A stretch of 64,000 nucleotides of DNA, taken from positions 2,067,730-2,131,729 of the forward strand of contig CAJINV010000015.1 of NCBI GenBank assembly GCA_905178155.1, given 5' to 3'. The stretch is from Amoebophrya sp. A120 (lineage: Eukaryota > Protista > Dinoflagellata). A program made the position numbers and the translations under genes. Shown piece after piece: positions 1 through 17,400 of this stretch. Under the pieces are notes generated by a model. It saw only the letters and a program-made list of their open reading frames with translations. It was not told the DNA's origin and did not search any database. Numbering within the stretch: the first letter of the stretch is position 1; each line of letters begins with the position of its first letter.

Positions 1-1795
1 CCGGGCTGGTAATGCCGCCGGTGGCGCCGTCAACAACAGCAGGAAGATCTTCTTCCGTATCGCCCCCATCGCCATCTTCTTGTCCCCCCGCCACATCTGG
101 TTCTACTCCCTCCTCAGCTGGCGTTTGCTCCGGCGCTTCCGTTTCTACTTCATCTTCGTGCGGTGACGTTCCGTCCTCGGGCGAAGATTCATCATCCGGA
201 CTTTGTGGTTCCTCTGTTTGCTGTTCCGCTTCACCAGGAGGAGCACCCGCTGCACCATCACCACCATCCGCTTCAACCTCTTCCTCCTCTTTCGAGCCTC
301 CCCATGGAAGAGGGCCGTCAAAAGAGTCAAATGCGGCAGCAGCTGCTTCGTTTGCCGCCTGAAAGAGGTTTTCCGCATGCGAGAGAGAGTCGAGAATCCA
401 GCTGGAAAGCTGTTTTTCAATCTTGTCCGTTTGCCGCACGAGCCAGGCTGGCGCGCCGCCCAGCGTGGTCGCCCGCGTCAGGAGTTCCATCACGCAGTAG
501 GGGTTGTGCGTCACGCCTGCTCTTGCGCACTGGGCCGCTGTCTCGGTGTCGTCAGAAGCGAAACTGCCCGTCGCGGTCACCAAATTGTCAATCATTCCGT
601 CATCCACGGTAACGGAGCCGGGGCTGTGAAGCATCAAATCAGCCTATGCATTGCAAAAGCACAGCTATCGCTATCGTACCGGTTGTACAGCGCCTACCTG
701 CTAGTAGTTCTAGACCTTAGGTTCTTGCGTGATACAGTCACAAAAAATTATCAATTACCTTATAATCGAAATTGTTCTGGGAGTGAGACAAAAGATCTTG
801 GCTGTGCACATCATGATGCTGCGGGGCAGCAATTACCAGTACGACTGCGATACTTGTTCTTGTTTTGCGATTGATACATCAGTCACATCGACGAGGCCAG
901 CTTCAACTTCGGATTGGAGCTCTGCGGCCACTTCCTCAGGTGGGGTGCCGAATGGTGGCGGCGGGCCGCCGTCCACGATTTCCGGAGGGGGGTGATCGCC
1001 CAGGCTTCCGCCCTCGCCCGGACCACCTGCGGCCGGTTCGCCCGCATCAGCCGGTTCGCCCGCATCAGCCGGTTCGCCCGCATCAGCCGGCTCGCCCGCA
1101 TCGGCCGGTTCGCCCGCATCAGCCGGTTCGCCCGCATCAGCCGGCTCGCCCGCATCGGCCGGTTCGCCCGCATCGGCCGGTTCGCTCGCAGCCGGTTCGC
1201 CCGCGGCCGGTTCGCCTTCAGCCGGTGGCCCATCGCCGTCGGCCGGTGACTGGCTGCCCGCCGGTTCCCCGTCAGCTGGTTCGCCTTCCGGCTTGTGATT
1301 CGGGGAATCAACCACACTGTCGTCCTTGTCCTTCGACCCTTGGTCACAAGGATTGAATTTCTCTTGCATCTGAAGCACACTAGTGGCTGATGTTGCCACT
1401 CCAGAAGTTTCGCCCATTGGTTCCCTCGCCTGTTGCATGATCGGAGATTTTGTAACGGAGCTGCTTTTCAGACTCCTCTCTCGTTCCTGGTTTTTCCTAA
1501 TCTTCGTGGAGGTAAGCGAGCGTCTGAGTTCGCGACCTGCTGCTTGCGTCGTGTCATCATCCTTCCTGCTCCGAGCGGGTGTTCGCGACACGCTTTGCTG
1601 GTGGAGTTTTTGAGAGAGTTGTAAACCGGACGCAGCATCATGACCAGCGTTGTTGAGAAGGAGAACAAGGGCAAGGGGGAAAAGCGCCGTCGCTCCTTGC
1701 TTGCGGGGAAAGCGCAGTGCCCGGTGATCTGCCCACTCCGCCTTCGACTGTTGCGACACGGCGCAAGGCATTGTTGTCCCCTGCGGCTCCGACAT
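1..1795 (-). CDS. Secreted acidic low-complexity protein with GEPADA repeats; 3' end runs off the window; exons ~877-1795 and <1-639
   Basis: ORF 833-1795 has a hydrophobic N-terminal segment. Removing element 645-876 plus 5 nt joins it in frame (VTD|DLMLHSPG) to a frame that stays open toward the window start. Confidence 0.7.
645..876. mobile_element. Degenerate family-B TIR introner
   Basis: TATGCATTGCAAAAG...TTTTGCGATTGATA; flanks CAGCC/CATCA (decayed); removal restores frame. Confidence 0.7.
1032..1225 (-). repeat. 18-bp coding tandem repeat (GEPADA, ~10 copies)
   Basis: GCCGGTTCGCCCGCATCA-type unit repeated. Confidence 0.95.
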
Positions 1796-2728
1796 TGTGC
1801 TTTTGTGGGTGAACGAAAAACGACGTGGACAAAGATCAAATTGATAAATTATCGAAGGGGTACAGGTACTAGAAGTTGCACTTTATTAACTTTCTAAATC
1901 TTATCTCCCGTTCGAAATATGCTTTCGTGTTGAAGGGGATGATCTAGCTTTGGCACATCACCACGTGTGTCGTTGACAAGAGTCGTGGATATGCTAATCG
2001 TATGGAAACCTGGAAAATGGTTTCGTGATATTGCATTCCAAATAAAATTCCGTTCGAGTCACACAGTGAGATTTTTACTTCCAGCTTTCGTCGAGATTAC
2101 ACCAGGTGGAATTCATGCTAGTCGCCGACGAGGATGCTGGAGGAGGACGTATCTTCACGCAGTACAACTAGTACGGGTATTACAGTACGATGAAAAACGA
2201 AGCACTACAGAAACAACTGTCATTGCCTGGCGAACGACGACGCGTAGAAGGAACGAACGAAAAAACGATAGATGAAGGACGATCAAAGCTGCACGGACAA
2301 GAGCAAGACAAAAACAGACTACAGGCTTTTTACTTGTTTCTAGAGCCAGAACTTTCATTTTCGAAACGAAATAGAGATAGACGCTAAGTGTGCACGATAA
2401 AATGAAATTCGTCCACCTCGCGGGGATGCGGCTGTGTCAAGACCCATATCCTGCGACGCCTCCAGCGAAGAAAAAACCAAAACGAGAATCACAGTGGACG
2501 AGTACACTGTAACTATTAAAGATCAGATCTTTGATAATATCTGTTCCGTCTAAAAAGGCATAATAGAAAAAATTTTTCCGCAATTGCATTTCTTGTTCTT
2601 CTTGTTGCAGAAAACATAACATCTGCAGCAACAGCGCAAATTGATCTCACCATGGGACAAACTTCTAAAACTAAACACAAGCCAAAAATTCGAGGCTTCA
2701 GCATCTCTTTCGCCCTAGTAAAACTTTT

Positions 2729-5523
2729 CTATTTCTTCTCAAAGGAAACGATCTGTGCAGCCGGTGTCGAACTACCTTTCGCAGCATCTCCAGCAGCAGC
2801 ACCTGATTCAAGACCTAGACCTTCCCCACTTACGGCAGCATTTCCCGCCACCGTTGAAGATGACAGTGGTGCGCTTTGCAGGGTTGACGAAGTGATGAAA
2901 TTTTTGTTCCCAAAACTTGCCGTGCTCATGTCGTAAGAAATCAGTGGTCTCTGCTTTTTGTTTTGCTCGTACTGGATTTTTCTTTCCATTTCGTCAAAAG
3001 GAGTGCCAGTGGTCGTAGTGCCCTCTCCAGCTGTGCCAGTCTCTGTGGCTGCTCCAGCTCCCGTGTGGACGAAACTGTTTCTGTAGTTGGCCCCAGCGGA
3101 TCGACGTGGTGTTCCAGCACCGCTGCCGTCATTGTCGTAGTTGAGAGGCACAAGCGAAATCGAAGTTGTGCAAGAGACTATCACCGCAAGCGCCAGGAGG
3201 GTCAGCACCAGCATGACGGAGACGAGGATCAAAGCCAACAGCAGAGAGCTCATCTTCTTTGGCGGCTCACTTTCGTTGGGGTTGTTGTTGGTCGGGTCGT
3301 TTACGTCTTTCATCTCCACTTCGCTCTTGTCGCTGGAATCTGTAGTCCCTCGTTGTCCTCGTCCAAACCACGTTCTTCTTGTGGAATCTTGTTTTTCATT
3401 TTCAGACGAAGACCCCAAAAGGGCTTCAGTCGAGGGTCGTGTTTGTGGTTCATCGTCTGGGTGAAAAATACTGCTTCCACCTCTTGTCCCGCCACCGCTT
3501 GTTGTTGTTCCGTGTCCGTTGTTACTGAACTGCGCTGGGTGTAGAGTATTTTGATCAGTCTTATCCACTGACACTGTGGCTCCTGATTCTGTGGTCGTAC
3601 TACTGTTATAATTCCGGTCGAGCGGTTCTTCGTTCCTTGTTGCCGCGTCGGATATAATTCTTGCGGTACCATGCAGGTTCCTCGCAGGTGCTGCATCTGT
3701 TGACGCACCTCCATCGGACAACATCCAAGGTGACTCTTCAGAAGTAGGCCTCGAGGTGGTACTAGACGTAGTTCGTGTGGTTGGAGGTTCATCTGCTTCT
3801 GGTACTGGTTGTGGCTCTCCTGCTTGCGCCGGATCCGTGCCATAATTGGCAGTTGCCATTCCACGCAGATCTCCAGGAATACCAGGTCCTGGCTTTTCCT
3901 CTTCACCCTGAGGGTAAAATCCAAGTTGCCCTGCAGGTCTAATTGGACCGCGTTGAGAATTTGCTGCTCCCTGCTCGCTATGCATTGCAAATATGTCTGG
4001 GTCTGGAAACTTGTGATGCTAAGTGGCGATGATTGAGCATACTCCTGAGAGCAGCCAAACATGCCAAATTTTCAGGACGCTTCCTCATGTGTAATTCGCA
4101 TGATAAACTGCGTTTTTGCATGACAAAGAATTCGCGCTTCCGCTTTTGTCGGTCACGCAATACAGATTTCATAGGAGTGCAAAACACGCAATACAGATTT
4201 CAATTTTTCCAAACCCAAACACATTTGCAGTTGATACTCGAGGTCCACGCTCGACCGTTGGAACGCTGCGCACACACTATACCGGTCTTTCACAAAACGA
4301 TTGTATTCCGCCCATTCTATAAAGCCGCTTGCTGTACCGTCCAAGATACCATCCACACACCGGAATAAATCCTCCGCAAACTCCATTTGCGTCTCAAAGT
4401 CGTTAGTTCCGTCGCTTATGTTTCCGAACGCGTTGGCGCCGCCGTCCCGGAACTCAGACAAAGAAATTTTGCTCCCATCAAAATCCCATAGCGCCAGTGC
4501 TGCAAAGTCCGGCAACGGTTCAGGCAATCGGGTTTCCATGTCGGTTATTCTCAGTGCGACGCGGCTTCCACTGTTATGATCATACGCGAGGCTCTTGCAG
4601 AGACAGGCACGGTGGAAATGTCCGTTTGCGTCTCTCACGGTCCCTCCCGCCACCCAGTAGGTCAGTGCGCCGTATTCTTGTTTGTTCAAATACCCGCGAG
4701 CATTGTCTTCGGTTTGTGGATCGTCCAGCGCATTGAAGACTCCGATCGTTTCATGTCCATACGCTTTCTCCCACTCCGAAGCCTCTATTCTGCCGTCGGC
4801 GTGGTTGACTGAAGTGCTGATGCTGTCCCACGGAACCGGTCCCTCAGCTAAAATTCTGTCGCGAAACGACTTCGGATCGGGGAGAGATTGGATAGCAAGC
4901 TCCACTCGAAACGACTTCGGAATTCTGTCGCGAAACGACTTCGGATCCACCAGAGAACGGGTTTGTTGCTGTGCAGCTATTTGGTCAACACCAGAGCCAC
5001 CAGCTGCTGTCTTTCCATTTTCCACTCCTGCCTGCGCTGCATGGTCAAGCTTTTGCAGTGCCGAAGATGGTTGCTGGCTCGATGATGAAGATGCGTTGCT
5101 ACTTCCAAAGACTCGTCTTGTGCGAGCGAGCAACGACTGTTTTTTAGACTTCTTCCTGTGTGCCCGCCGAAGATGTCGTGTTTGCAACTGCTGCTCGTCA
5201 GGGGAACCTGAACGGCCATCGGGAGGGAGATCCTGATGATCATGATGTCGCTCGCGGTCGTGCTCATTCCAAATCTGGACTGCACTCTTGTTCCCTAGCT
5301 TACGTGCGCAAGCGATTCTGTTTCTGTCGACAAGAAAGATAACAACAAGGCTGTTGACAAAATTACGTTTGCCGGCCCAAACTACGGGCTGCTTACTTTT
5401 GATTTTCAAGAAGACCATAGTTTGTTGAGATGAGCAAGATTTTCTCAGGCGCACGACCAGATAATTCAATTTACATACGTACGAGAAAATAAATGCTAAT
5501 GGGGAACCATCCTGCTCCCGCAT
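2729..5523 (-). CDS. EF-hand-like single-pass membrane protein; exons 4237-5523 and 2729-3973 (start may be ATG 5418)
   Basis: EF-hand-like loops DGRIEASEW, DFDGSKISLSEF, DGTASGFIEWAEY; TM helix LLLALILVSVMLVLTLLALAVIV; junction DLE|QGAA in frame. Confidence 0.75.
3979..4236. mobile_element. Family-A TIR introner
   Basis: TATGCATTGCAAATATGTCTGGGTCTGGAA...TTCCAAACCCAAACACATTTGCAGTTGATA; TSD CTCGC/CTCGA. Confidence 0.9.
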
Positions 5524-6289
5524 CCATTTTCAGTTTGGTGGAAGTGATCCAGTATATGCAAACTGCATCAGCTAGCTAGAAAATGGTGTAGAAACGCGGC
5601 AAATTATGCGGCCCAAGAGACCCAGACAGTGCTGCATTCATCTTTGTCTCATGCCGCAAAAATGTCGGTTATCAGAGTAGAGGACGAGAACTGAAATTGA
5701 TAGGGAAAACGAAACTCAAACTTCGCACGAGGGAGTGCCGAGCATACGGACGATTTACAAAAAAAACAAGCACGAATAGGAGATGTACGGACGAGAACGA
5801 CAAGATGAACTACTTTTTGTGTGTTTGTGAAGACACAAAAAATGAGATTTTCTACCACGCGCACGGATACAAGAACCAACTAACACTCCTAGCTAGGTAG
5901 GGCTATAATGTTGCGAGACAAACATCTACTGCTCTTCATTTGACGAATAATTCCGATGGATTATCTGATGTGCTGCTGGAAAAGCGATCACAAAGAAGGG
6001 CGCTCTGGCACAACCGAGAAGTGAGCACGACCTTGATGGTCAACTTCTGAAGAGAACAAACACGACACCTGCTATGGAGGCCTACTGAGGATTGACGTTC
6101 ACCTCTGATAGAGACGAGCAGGAAAGAAATGCTACCATATTTAACGTGATTGAAAAATCAAATTTTTCTTGAAGTGGCTTTATTATGTTGAGCGCTCCTT
6201 TTTCAGCCGGAGCCCGCATTTTTTTTCAAAAAAGACTCACTCACAGTCACACTCACCGCCCGCCTACAAAATAAAGAACTATCTGCTCA

Positions 6290-9200
6290 TCACGATTTCC
6301 TCGGAGCAGGAGGAGCCACAGGAGGAACGACTACTTTCGGAACCTGCGGCTTCAAGGGCCGGAAATCCATTGCGTTAGGGATAATCGGCGCCGCATTTTC
6401 ATCCTCGTCGCTCTCTAAACCCGCGCCGTCCAACCCCTTGGCCCAAAACCTTTATCAAACAAAAAAGTGTTAATGTCAACGGTTTTGACAGAATGCAGTC
6501 ATGCATGACAGATTTTGCGTAATATGCATGCTATGCATGACAAATTTGGACACGTTTTGTGACGCGTCACTGCATCACAAATTCCGTTAACGTGAACACT
6601 TTTTTCTGTGATAACCTTCCCGGATCCACCATGGTTCCCAAATTGCTATAACTAGCCATCATGCTATTCGCCGCAGCACCGGGACCTCCGGCAGGGACAC
6701 CGCCGAGGGCACCGGCATTGTTGAAACCACTTCCAGGCGGGAAAGCTGCAATTGACCGGTAGCTGGTTAAGCTGTTAGAAGCAGCTCCTGCAGGCATAGT
6801 GCCAGAAGGCGGAACTTGTACTTCCTGCAGCCTGGAAAAATTGTTTGTGGTTGGACTTGTTCCGCCGGACAAGTTGTACTGCGCACTCTGTTGTGTGCTT
6901 AGATCGTAGGAACCAATTTGCTGGCGCCCCGCTTGGAGATGTTCTCGGGTGTCGCCGTGTAACAATTCCCGCTGCCGCGCAAGGGCGCGAGTTCGGGCGG
7001 CTTCGTTTTCATCATCCTCGTCATCCTCCCCTAGCAGCTTCTGTTCGTAGCGCACTATGAACAGAATCACGGAAAAAACGCAACACAAGATGGCGATGGT
7101 GAAGATCGTGCAGAGGCACTTTTGGTTGCTGTTGTCAGTCGTTTCAACATCTTCTGCCGAGTCCTGATCGGAGTCTTCTACTCCGGCTTCCATTTGTTCG
7201 TCGTCCTCGTCCTCGTCACCGCAGAAAAAAGAGCGGCCGCATTCTTGCAGGCCTGTGCTGCCAGTGCCACTTACTGCCGAAGATGGATCATTTTCTGTGT
7301 AATTGTCTGCATTTCTTGCGCCAGCGCCGTTCGAGGCTGGTACCAGTTCAGCGCTCGCGCCCCCCATCGCAGGCCTGTTACTATTGGTCTTCCCAGCTCC
7401 TGCTGTATTTTGTTCAGACGGGGGCGATTGCGGCTTACCGGTCGCAGTAGACGTGGTGGCCGTATTGGTGATACTGGTGGTTCTTGGAAGTGTGGTAGCA
7501 GTTGTGCGTGGTATTTTTGTCGTGCTGCTTGTACTAGTGCTTGAAAATACTACGACCGATGTGGTGCTAATACTAATGCTTGGAATATCATTTTTTCCGG
7601 TGGTAAGAGTGGCGTTTGGAATTAATGTGGTGGTAGGTCCGCTTTGAATTATAAGAATTACGGTCGTGGTAGTTGTGTTTGTAGAAGTTGTGGTGGCTGC
7701 CGTCGAAGCTGTTCCTGTCGGTGTGGTCGCGGGAGCTACACTTGCCTTCGTTGTGCTGGTCGAGGCAACTTCTTCAGTCGTCGTTTCAGTCGGAGAGGTT
7801 GTGGAAACGAGATGGGCGGTAGTCACTGTCACGGGGTCGAGCTGCGTTGTAGAAGGCGTGAAAATAGTTGCTACAAGTCCGTTAGGCGTCGTGCTGCTGC
7901 TGCTTGTACTATCAACTTCTCCATCATAGCACCATAGTGGCGGCTCGTAGACAGTACCTGGCACAACTGGTGGTGAGGGTTGTACTTGTGGGATGGTCGT
8001 CTCTTCTTGGCCTGGTTCCGTTTGTGGAGCGACCGCCGTGGGCACCGGGCGCGGGGTCGTAGTAGAAGATATTGATATAGTGGGAGGACTATGACACCAC
8101 CTCTTCAGTTCAGCTTCTTTCCTATGCATTGCAAAAGTATCGCTCTAATGTAGTACCAATACAGCCTGCATCTCTATATGCAAAAATCTTTTTCAAAACA
8201 AATTTATTAATATCGAAAAATGAAATCAATTTGTCATCGACTGACGATCGATCCTAAGAAACACGTAGATCACTGATGTCATGCAGTATTCATCTTGCAA
8301 GATGAATTACGTACGAAATTGCGCTCCTTTTGCCATGGATACCTCCAAATTTCCAGGATGTCGTATTCTGGAACGTTCAGGTGTGACACCGCGTCCGTGA
8401 CATCGATGTTAAATTCGGCAAATATGTCGGAACTACCCGCGTCAGTCCCAAATATCGTGGACCACTCCGGATGGAGTGAAATCTTTCCGTCATCAGAGAT
8501 CGCATCTTTCAGCAATTCCGGGTGGTGGAAAAATTTCCGCCGAAAGGCCAAGGGATCGGGCAGCCTGTAGTCGATGATTGCGTTTATCCTCTCCGTGTTC
8601 AGTAGCTCGGGTATAAGTAGTGGCAGCTTGATGTTATGGTCGTGCTCTTCTTTGCTCCTTTTGCGCTGGACGTGCTCTTGTTCTTTGTGCAGCAAAGACG
8701 AGAAAGTGTTAAATTCGGCATAGTCCAACACGGGTCCTGCTGTATCGATATGGTTGGAATCTATGGCGGGCTCGTGATGTTTATTTTCGGCGAAGGCCGA
8801 GCTGAGTTTGGTAGTTCGAGCTTCGCGTCTGCTCTATGGATGTGTCAGGATCGAAATCGACAAAATCGAAAAATTTGTGATGCATAAAATGCATGACGCG
8901 AAATACGTGTGTTGCAGAGCAGGCAAGTGAGGCCGATTGTAAGCCTGTTTGGGGTTATAGCTCGAGCTGCTAAACCGGCATGAGAGAACCAGCCTTCTTT
9001 GCCTACACAGCATTACAAACTGGATTTAGGCGCACCCAGAATTTGTCATGCGCCACTTAGAAACTGGGTCCGAACTGGAATCCATTTTATGCATGACAAA
9101 TCATTTCGATTTTGTCAATTTTGATTCTGACACTTCCATATGCTCTTTCGTAGTAGTAGACCTGCTCTTGCAGCACGACCAGCAGAAGAAGAAGCCGCAG

Positions 9201-9585
9201 CTCCGGCCCCGCTACCTCGCAGCCTGTTCCGTGTGTAGAAGTAGTTGTTCCTCGCCCCATCTATTGTGCCATCCTGTCCACCGCGCCGAAGCCGAAGTAA
9301 ACCTCCACCCGCTGTGCTTCCTGTTTCCTGTTTTCTACTTTCATTCTCCAAAAAAGCCACTGCATCGTCTACCGTCGTGGTTCTATCGTGATTTTTTGTT
9401 TCTTTGCGCCTCTCGGCATAATTGAAATTATTGTCGTTCTCCACAGCGAGGGCATTGTGGGCTACAAAGATGCCTGCCGGTTCTGCTGCCTCCACAGATT
9501 GACGTGCCAGCGAGGCCGAGAGAAACGCAAACACCGTCGTTCTCTTCGTATGAGCGAAGATAGAAGGAGGTGAGCCTGACATCAT
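6290..9585 (-). CDS. EF-hand-like, Thr-rich mucin-stalk membrane protein, 4 exons (9141-9585, 8342-8829, 6614-8117, 6290-6447); paralogue of 2729-5523
   Basis: Signal-like N-terminus; all three junctions in frame after removing element plus 5 nt; TM helix CLCTIFTIAILCCVFSVILFIV; stop TGA at 6290-6292. Confidence 0.8.
6453..6613. mobile_element. Family-I TIR introner
   Basis: TATCAAACAAAAAAGTGTT...AACACTTTTTTCTGTGATA; TSD ACCTT/ACCTT. Confidence 0.92.
8123..8341. mobile_element. Degenerate family-B TIR introner
   Basis: TATGCATTGCAAAAG...CTTTTGCCATGGATA; flanks TTTCC/CCTCC; frame EIWR|EAEL restored. Confidence 0.75.
8835..9140. mobile_element. Family-C TIR introner
   Basis: TATGGATGTGTCAGGATCGAAA...TTTTGATTCTGACACTTCCATA; TSD TGCTC/TGCTC. 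Confidence 0.93.
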
Positions 9586-11149
9586 ACTTTCAATTTAGGC
9601 TTTTTTTTTATCATGGTACCCTAATATCGCGCTCTTCTAGAACTACTGCACCAAGCATCCCGGGCCCGGACAGTAGAGAGTCGGTGCTTATTTGAGTATG
9701 AATTCATTTCGGGGTCGTGAGTACGTACCTGTAGGAATGAAAGCTACCTACTGAGTGGCTAGGATATGCGCAACACTACACACAGTACAAACCTGACATG
9801 TTCGGCAATAAACAGTGAGCTGATCAAAAAGTTCTTTCTGTTGCTGGCCTCCTAGTACTTCCGTTGGTTTCTCTTTCTAGTAAAAGCACGATGACGAAAA
9901 GAAAAATGACCACGGCGGAGGCGGAGCTGTACGACAAACCAAAAAACCACCAAAGCAGGGGATGAGTGACGATTACGATTCTTCTTCGGAACGATAAAGG
10001 TGGACAACGACCCGGATTATATTACTTCTTGTTGTTCGTCTATTTTCACTTACAACACGCTTGGACAAAAATTAACACGAAACGGTACGACAAAGCACTA
10101 GAACTTGTCGCAAGAACCGGTGGAAGCTGCATCATCTCCGCGTTGTTGTAGTTGATGCGCAACAAGTAGACTACACAACCACACCAACGATGGACGATAC
10201 GAAGATAAGGTCAAAATAGAACCCTAAAACCATAAACCCGTTCAACCCTTCTAAACCCTTTTCGACGCTGGCGAAGGAACCGGGGCGGAAGCAGGAAGAT
10301 GAATCAGGGGAGAAGAAGAACTGGATACCGCAACTGATCAGAGAGAGTGTGCACAAGAACGCATGGTAAGACCTAAAGATTCTATTTTAAGCAAACTACC
10401 CACATAGGACACCGGATGGCGTCATGCCCCAAACCACAAAAAACCTGCTTGGTGCCAGTAGGGCCCGGGGAAAGCAAGAGAGCAGCACGAGAAGGAAAGG
10501 TAAAATCTACTTTCAAAAAGCGCTAATAAAGCCTTGTGCTCTGATCCGTCCGGGTGTGCACTCCCTTTTGGTTCTAAAGCTTCAGCAGTGCTGAGAGCGC
10601 TCCGACCCTAAACCTCCTGACCAAAGCCAAAAGATCTACGTACGTATGCGCACGAGCAAGGCAGGAACATCGCCTGATGTGGACGATGTTCCTAAACTAA
10701 AAAACAAAAGAGCGACTCTCGGACCGGAGGTAGGCCTCACGGTAGTCGATGCGAGCGAAGGAAGGTAGGCCTCACGGTCCTCGATGGACGATACGAAGAT
10801 AAGGTAAAACAAGAGTCTTTCACGAACTTTATTTGGCCTGTAGATAGAATAACGACGTCCGAAGCTGCAGAAACCGCAGTAGAGACAGGCAGCTGTCGGA
10901 CGAGATCTAGAACACCTTCATGGCTCGGGCGAGGAGATGAGCTTGAGCATGAGGCCTTGAAGGTGGACATGGCTCAGAACACAATACTACCTCGTTCATT
11001 TGAAAAAATTGAGTAGATGTAGAACAAAGCGCTTCATATGTTTAAGTTTATGCAGAGCAACCTTGTAGTTATCTCCCGGGCGTAGCTCTACTCGAGAAAA
11101 GAAAAGGAAATCACTTCGCCCAACATCCGAAGATAATCCGTGCTGACCA

Positions 11150-16286
<5,137 letters not shown>

Positions 16287-17400
16287 GGTTGATTTGTACT
16301 ACCACTTCCTCGAGTGGTCAACGTAGAAGTTGTGGACAAGTATTAGTCAAGTTGTGAAGTAGATTTTGCGCGAAAGTGCGTGACGGATTTGAGTGTCGTA
16401 TTAAAGGTGAGCAAGATAAAGCTCTTCGTCCGGATCGTACTCCTTCTACCACAAAGCTGATTGCTACCACGACGGCCCCCTTTCAAATTGAATTGTACAC
16501 TTCAAAAGTACTTACAGCTTGTTATGTTCTATATGTTTCATCTGTTCTAGGTACAATCCTAGCACAACCTGAACCAGTCTGCCTCGTCACGCGAGTTGAT
16601 CACCCCTACCATGCTCCTGTAATATCGTTGCTTCACAACAACTACAAATCATCATTCGGCGCAGCCCACTCATGAAGTTAGTTACCGCGTCGTGCACCCA
16701 ACCCCAGCAGCATCAAGTAGAACAAAAGTGCTGGTGACGCTAGAACATGCGGAAGTCGTTGCTAGCTGCTTGTAATCAGTGCCCTGGAGGAGCAGCACTA
16801 ACTTGCTCCTCCGTGCGTTGTGGCACTACTTCGTTGTGGTACTACTCCAGTGGAGCTTCTTGTCGTGTCATCTTTCATTGATTATGTACAGGAGTAGTTC
16901 TTGCGGGAAACGGAAACGCCGTGCTCATGTTGATTGTTCTTTCATTTACGTGCGGCTGCATGTACAACAAATCTGTCTACAGGTGCATTGAAACATCGAT
17001 GGGTTGTAAAATTGAAAGAAAAAGCCCCCACAGGAAGCACTTCATATCGAAGCATAATTGACCCCCGTGTCTTGCTTCGCCGCACTTCTTGGAAGCTGCG
17101 AGAACGCGTTGCAAGATGAGTTTTCTGCTCCATTCAAAATCAAAAAATAAAACTTGCCACTCCTGTGAATTCGAAAAAATCTACCACAGCTAGAGCTAGA
17201 TACATACCTCTAGGTACTAGCGTAAAACTAAAACAAAGTCGAAGTAGAGTATCTTGAGTAAAACTGAAACAAAGAAGAGCATCGCATGTGCTAATGCTGT
17301 GATTTGTCGTAACTTATTCTGCTGTTCTGCGCTTGCTTGCGGTTAGCTTAAAACATAAACTTAAACAAGACTGATAAAATTAACTTGACTCAGACTTCAT

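Noticed and set aside
12-1356. Plus-strand ORFs opposite low-complexity exons (also 20632-21459 and 61145-62062)
   Set aside because: They are antisense shadows of the minus-strand genes.
10188-10805. 24-bp direct repeat CGATGGACGATACGAAGATAAGGT (10188, 10782) as LTR or TSD
   Set aside because: No other element hallmarks; probably an old local duplication.
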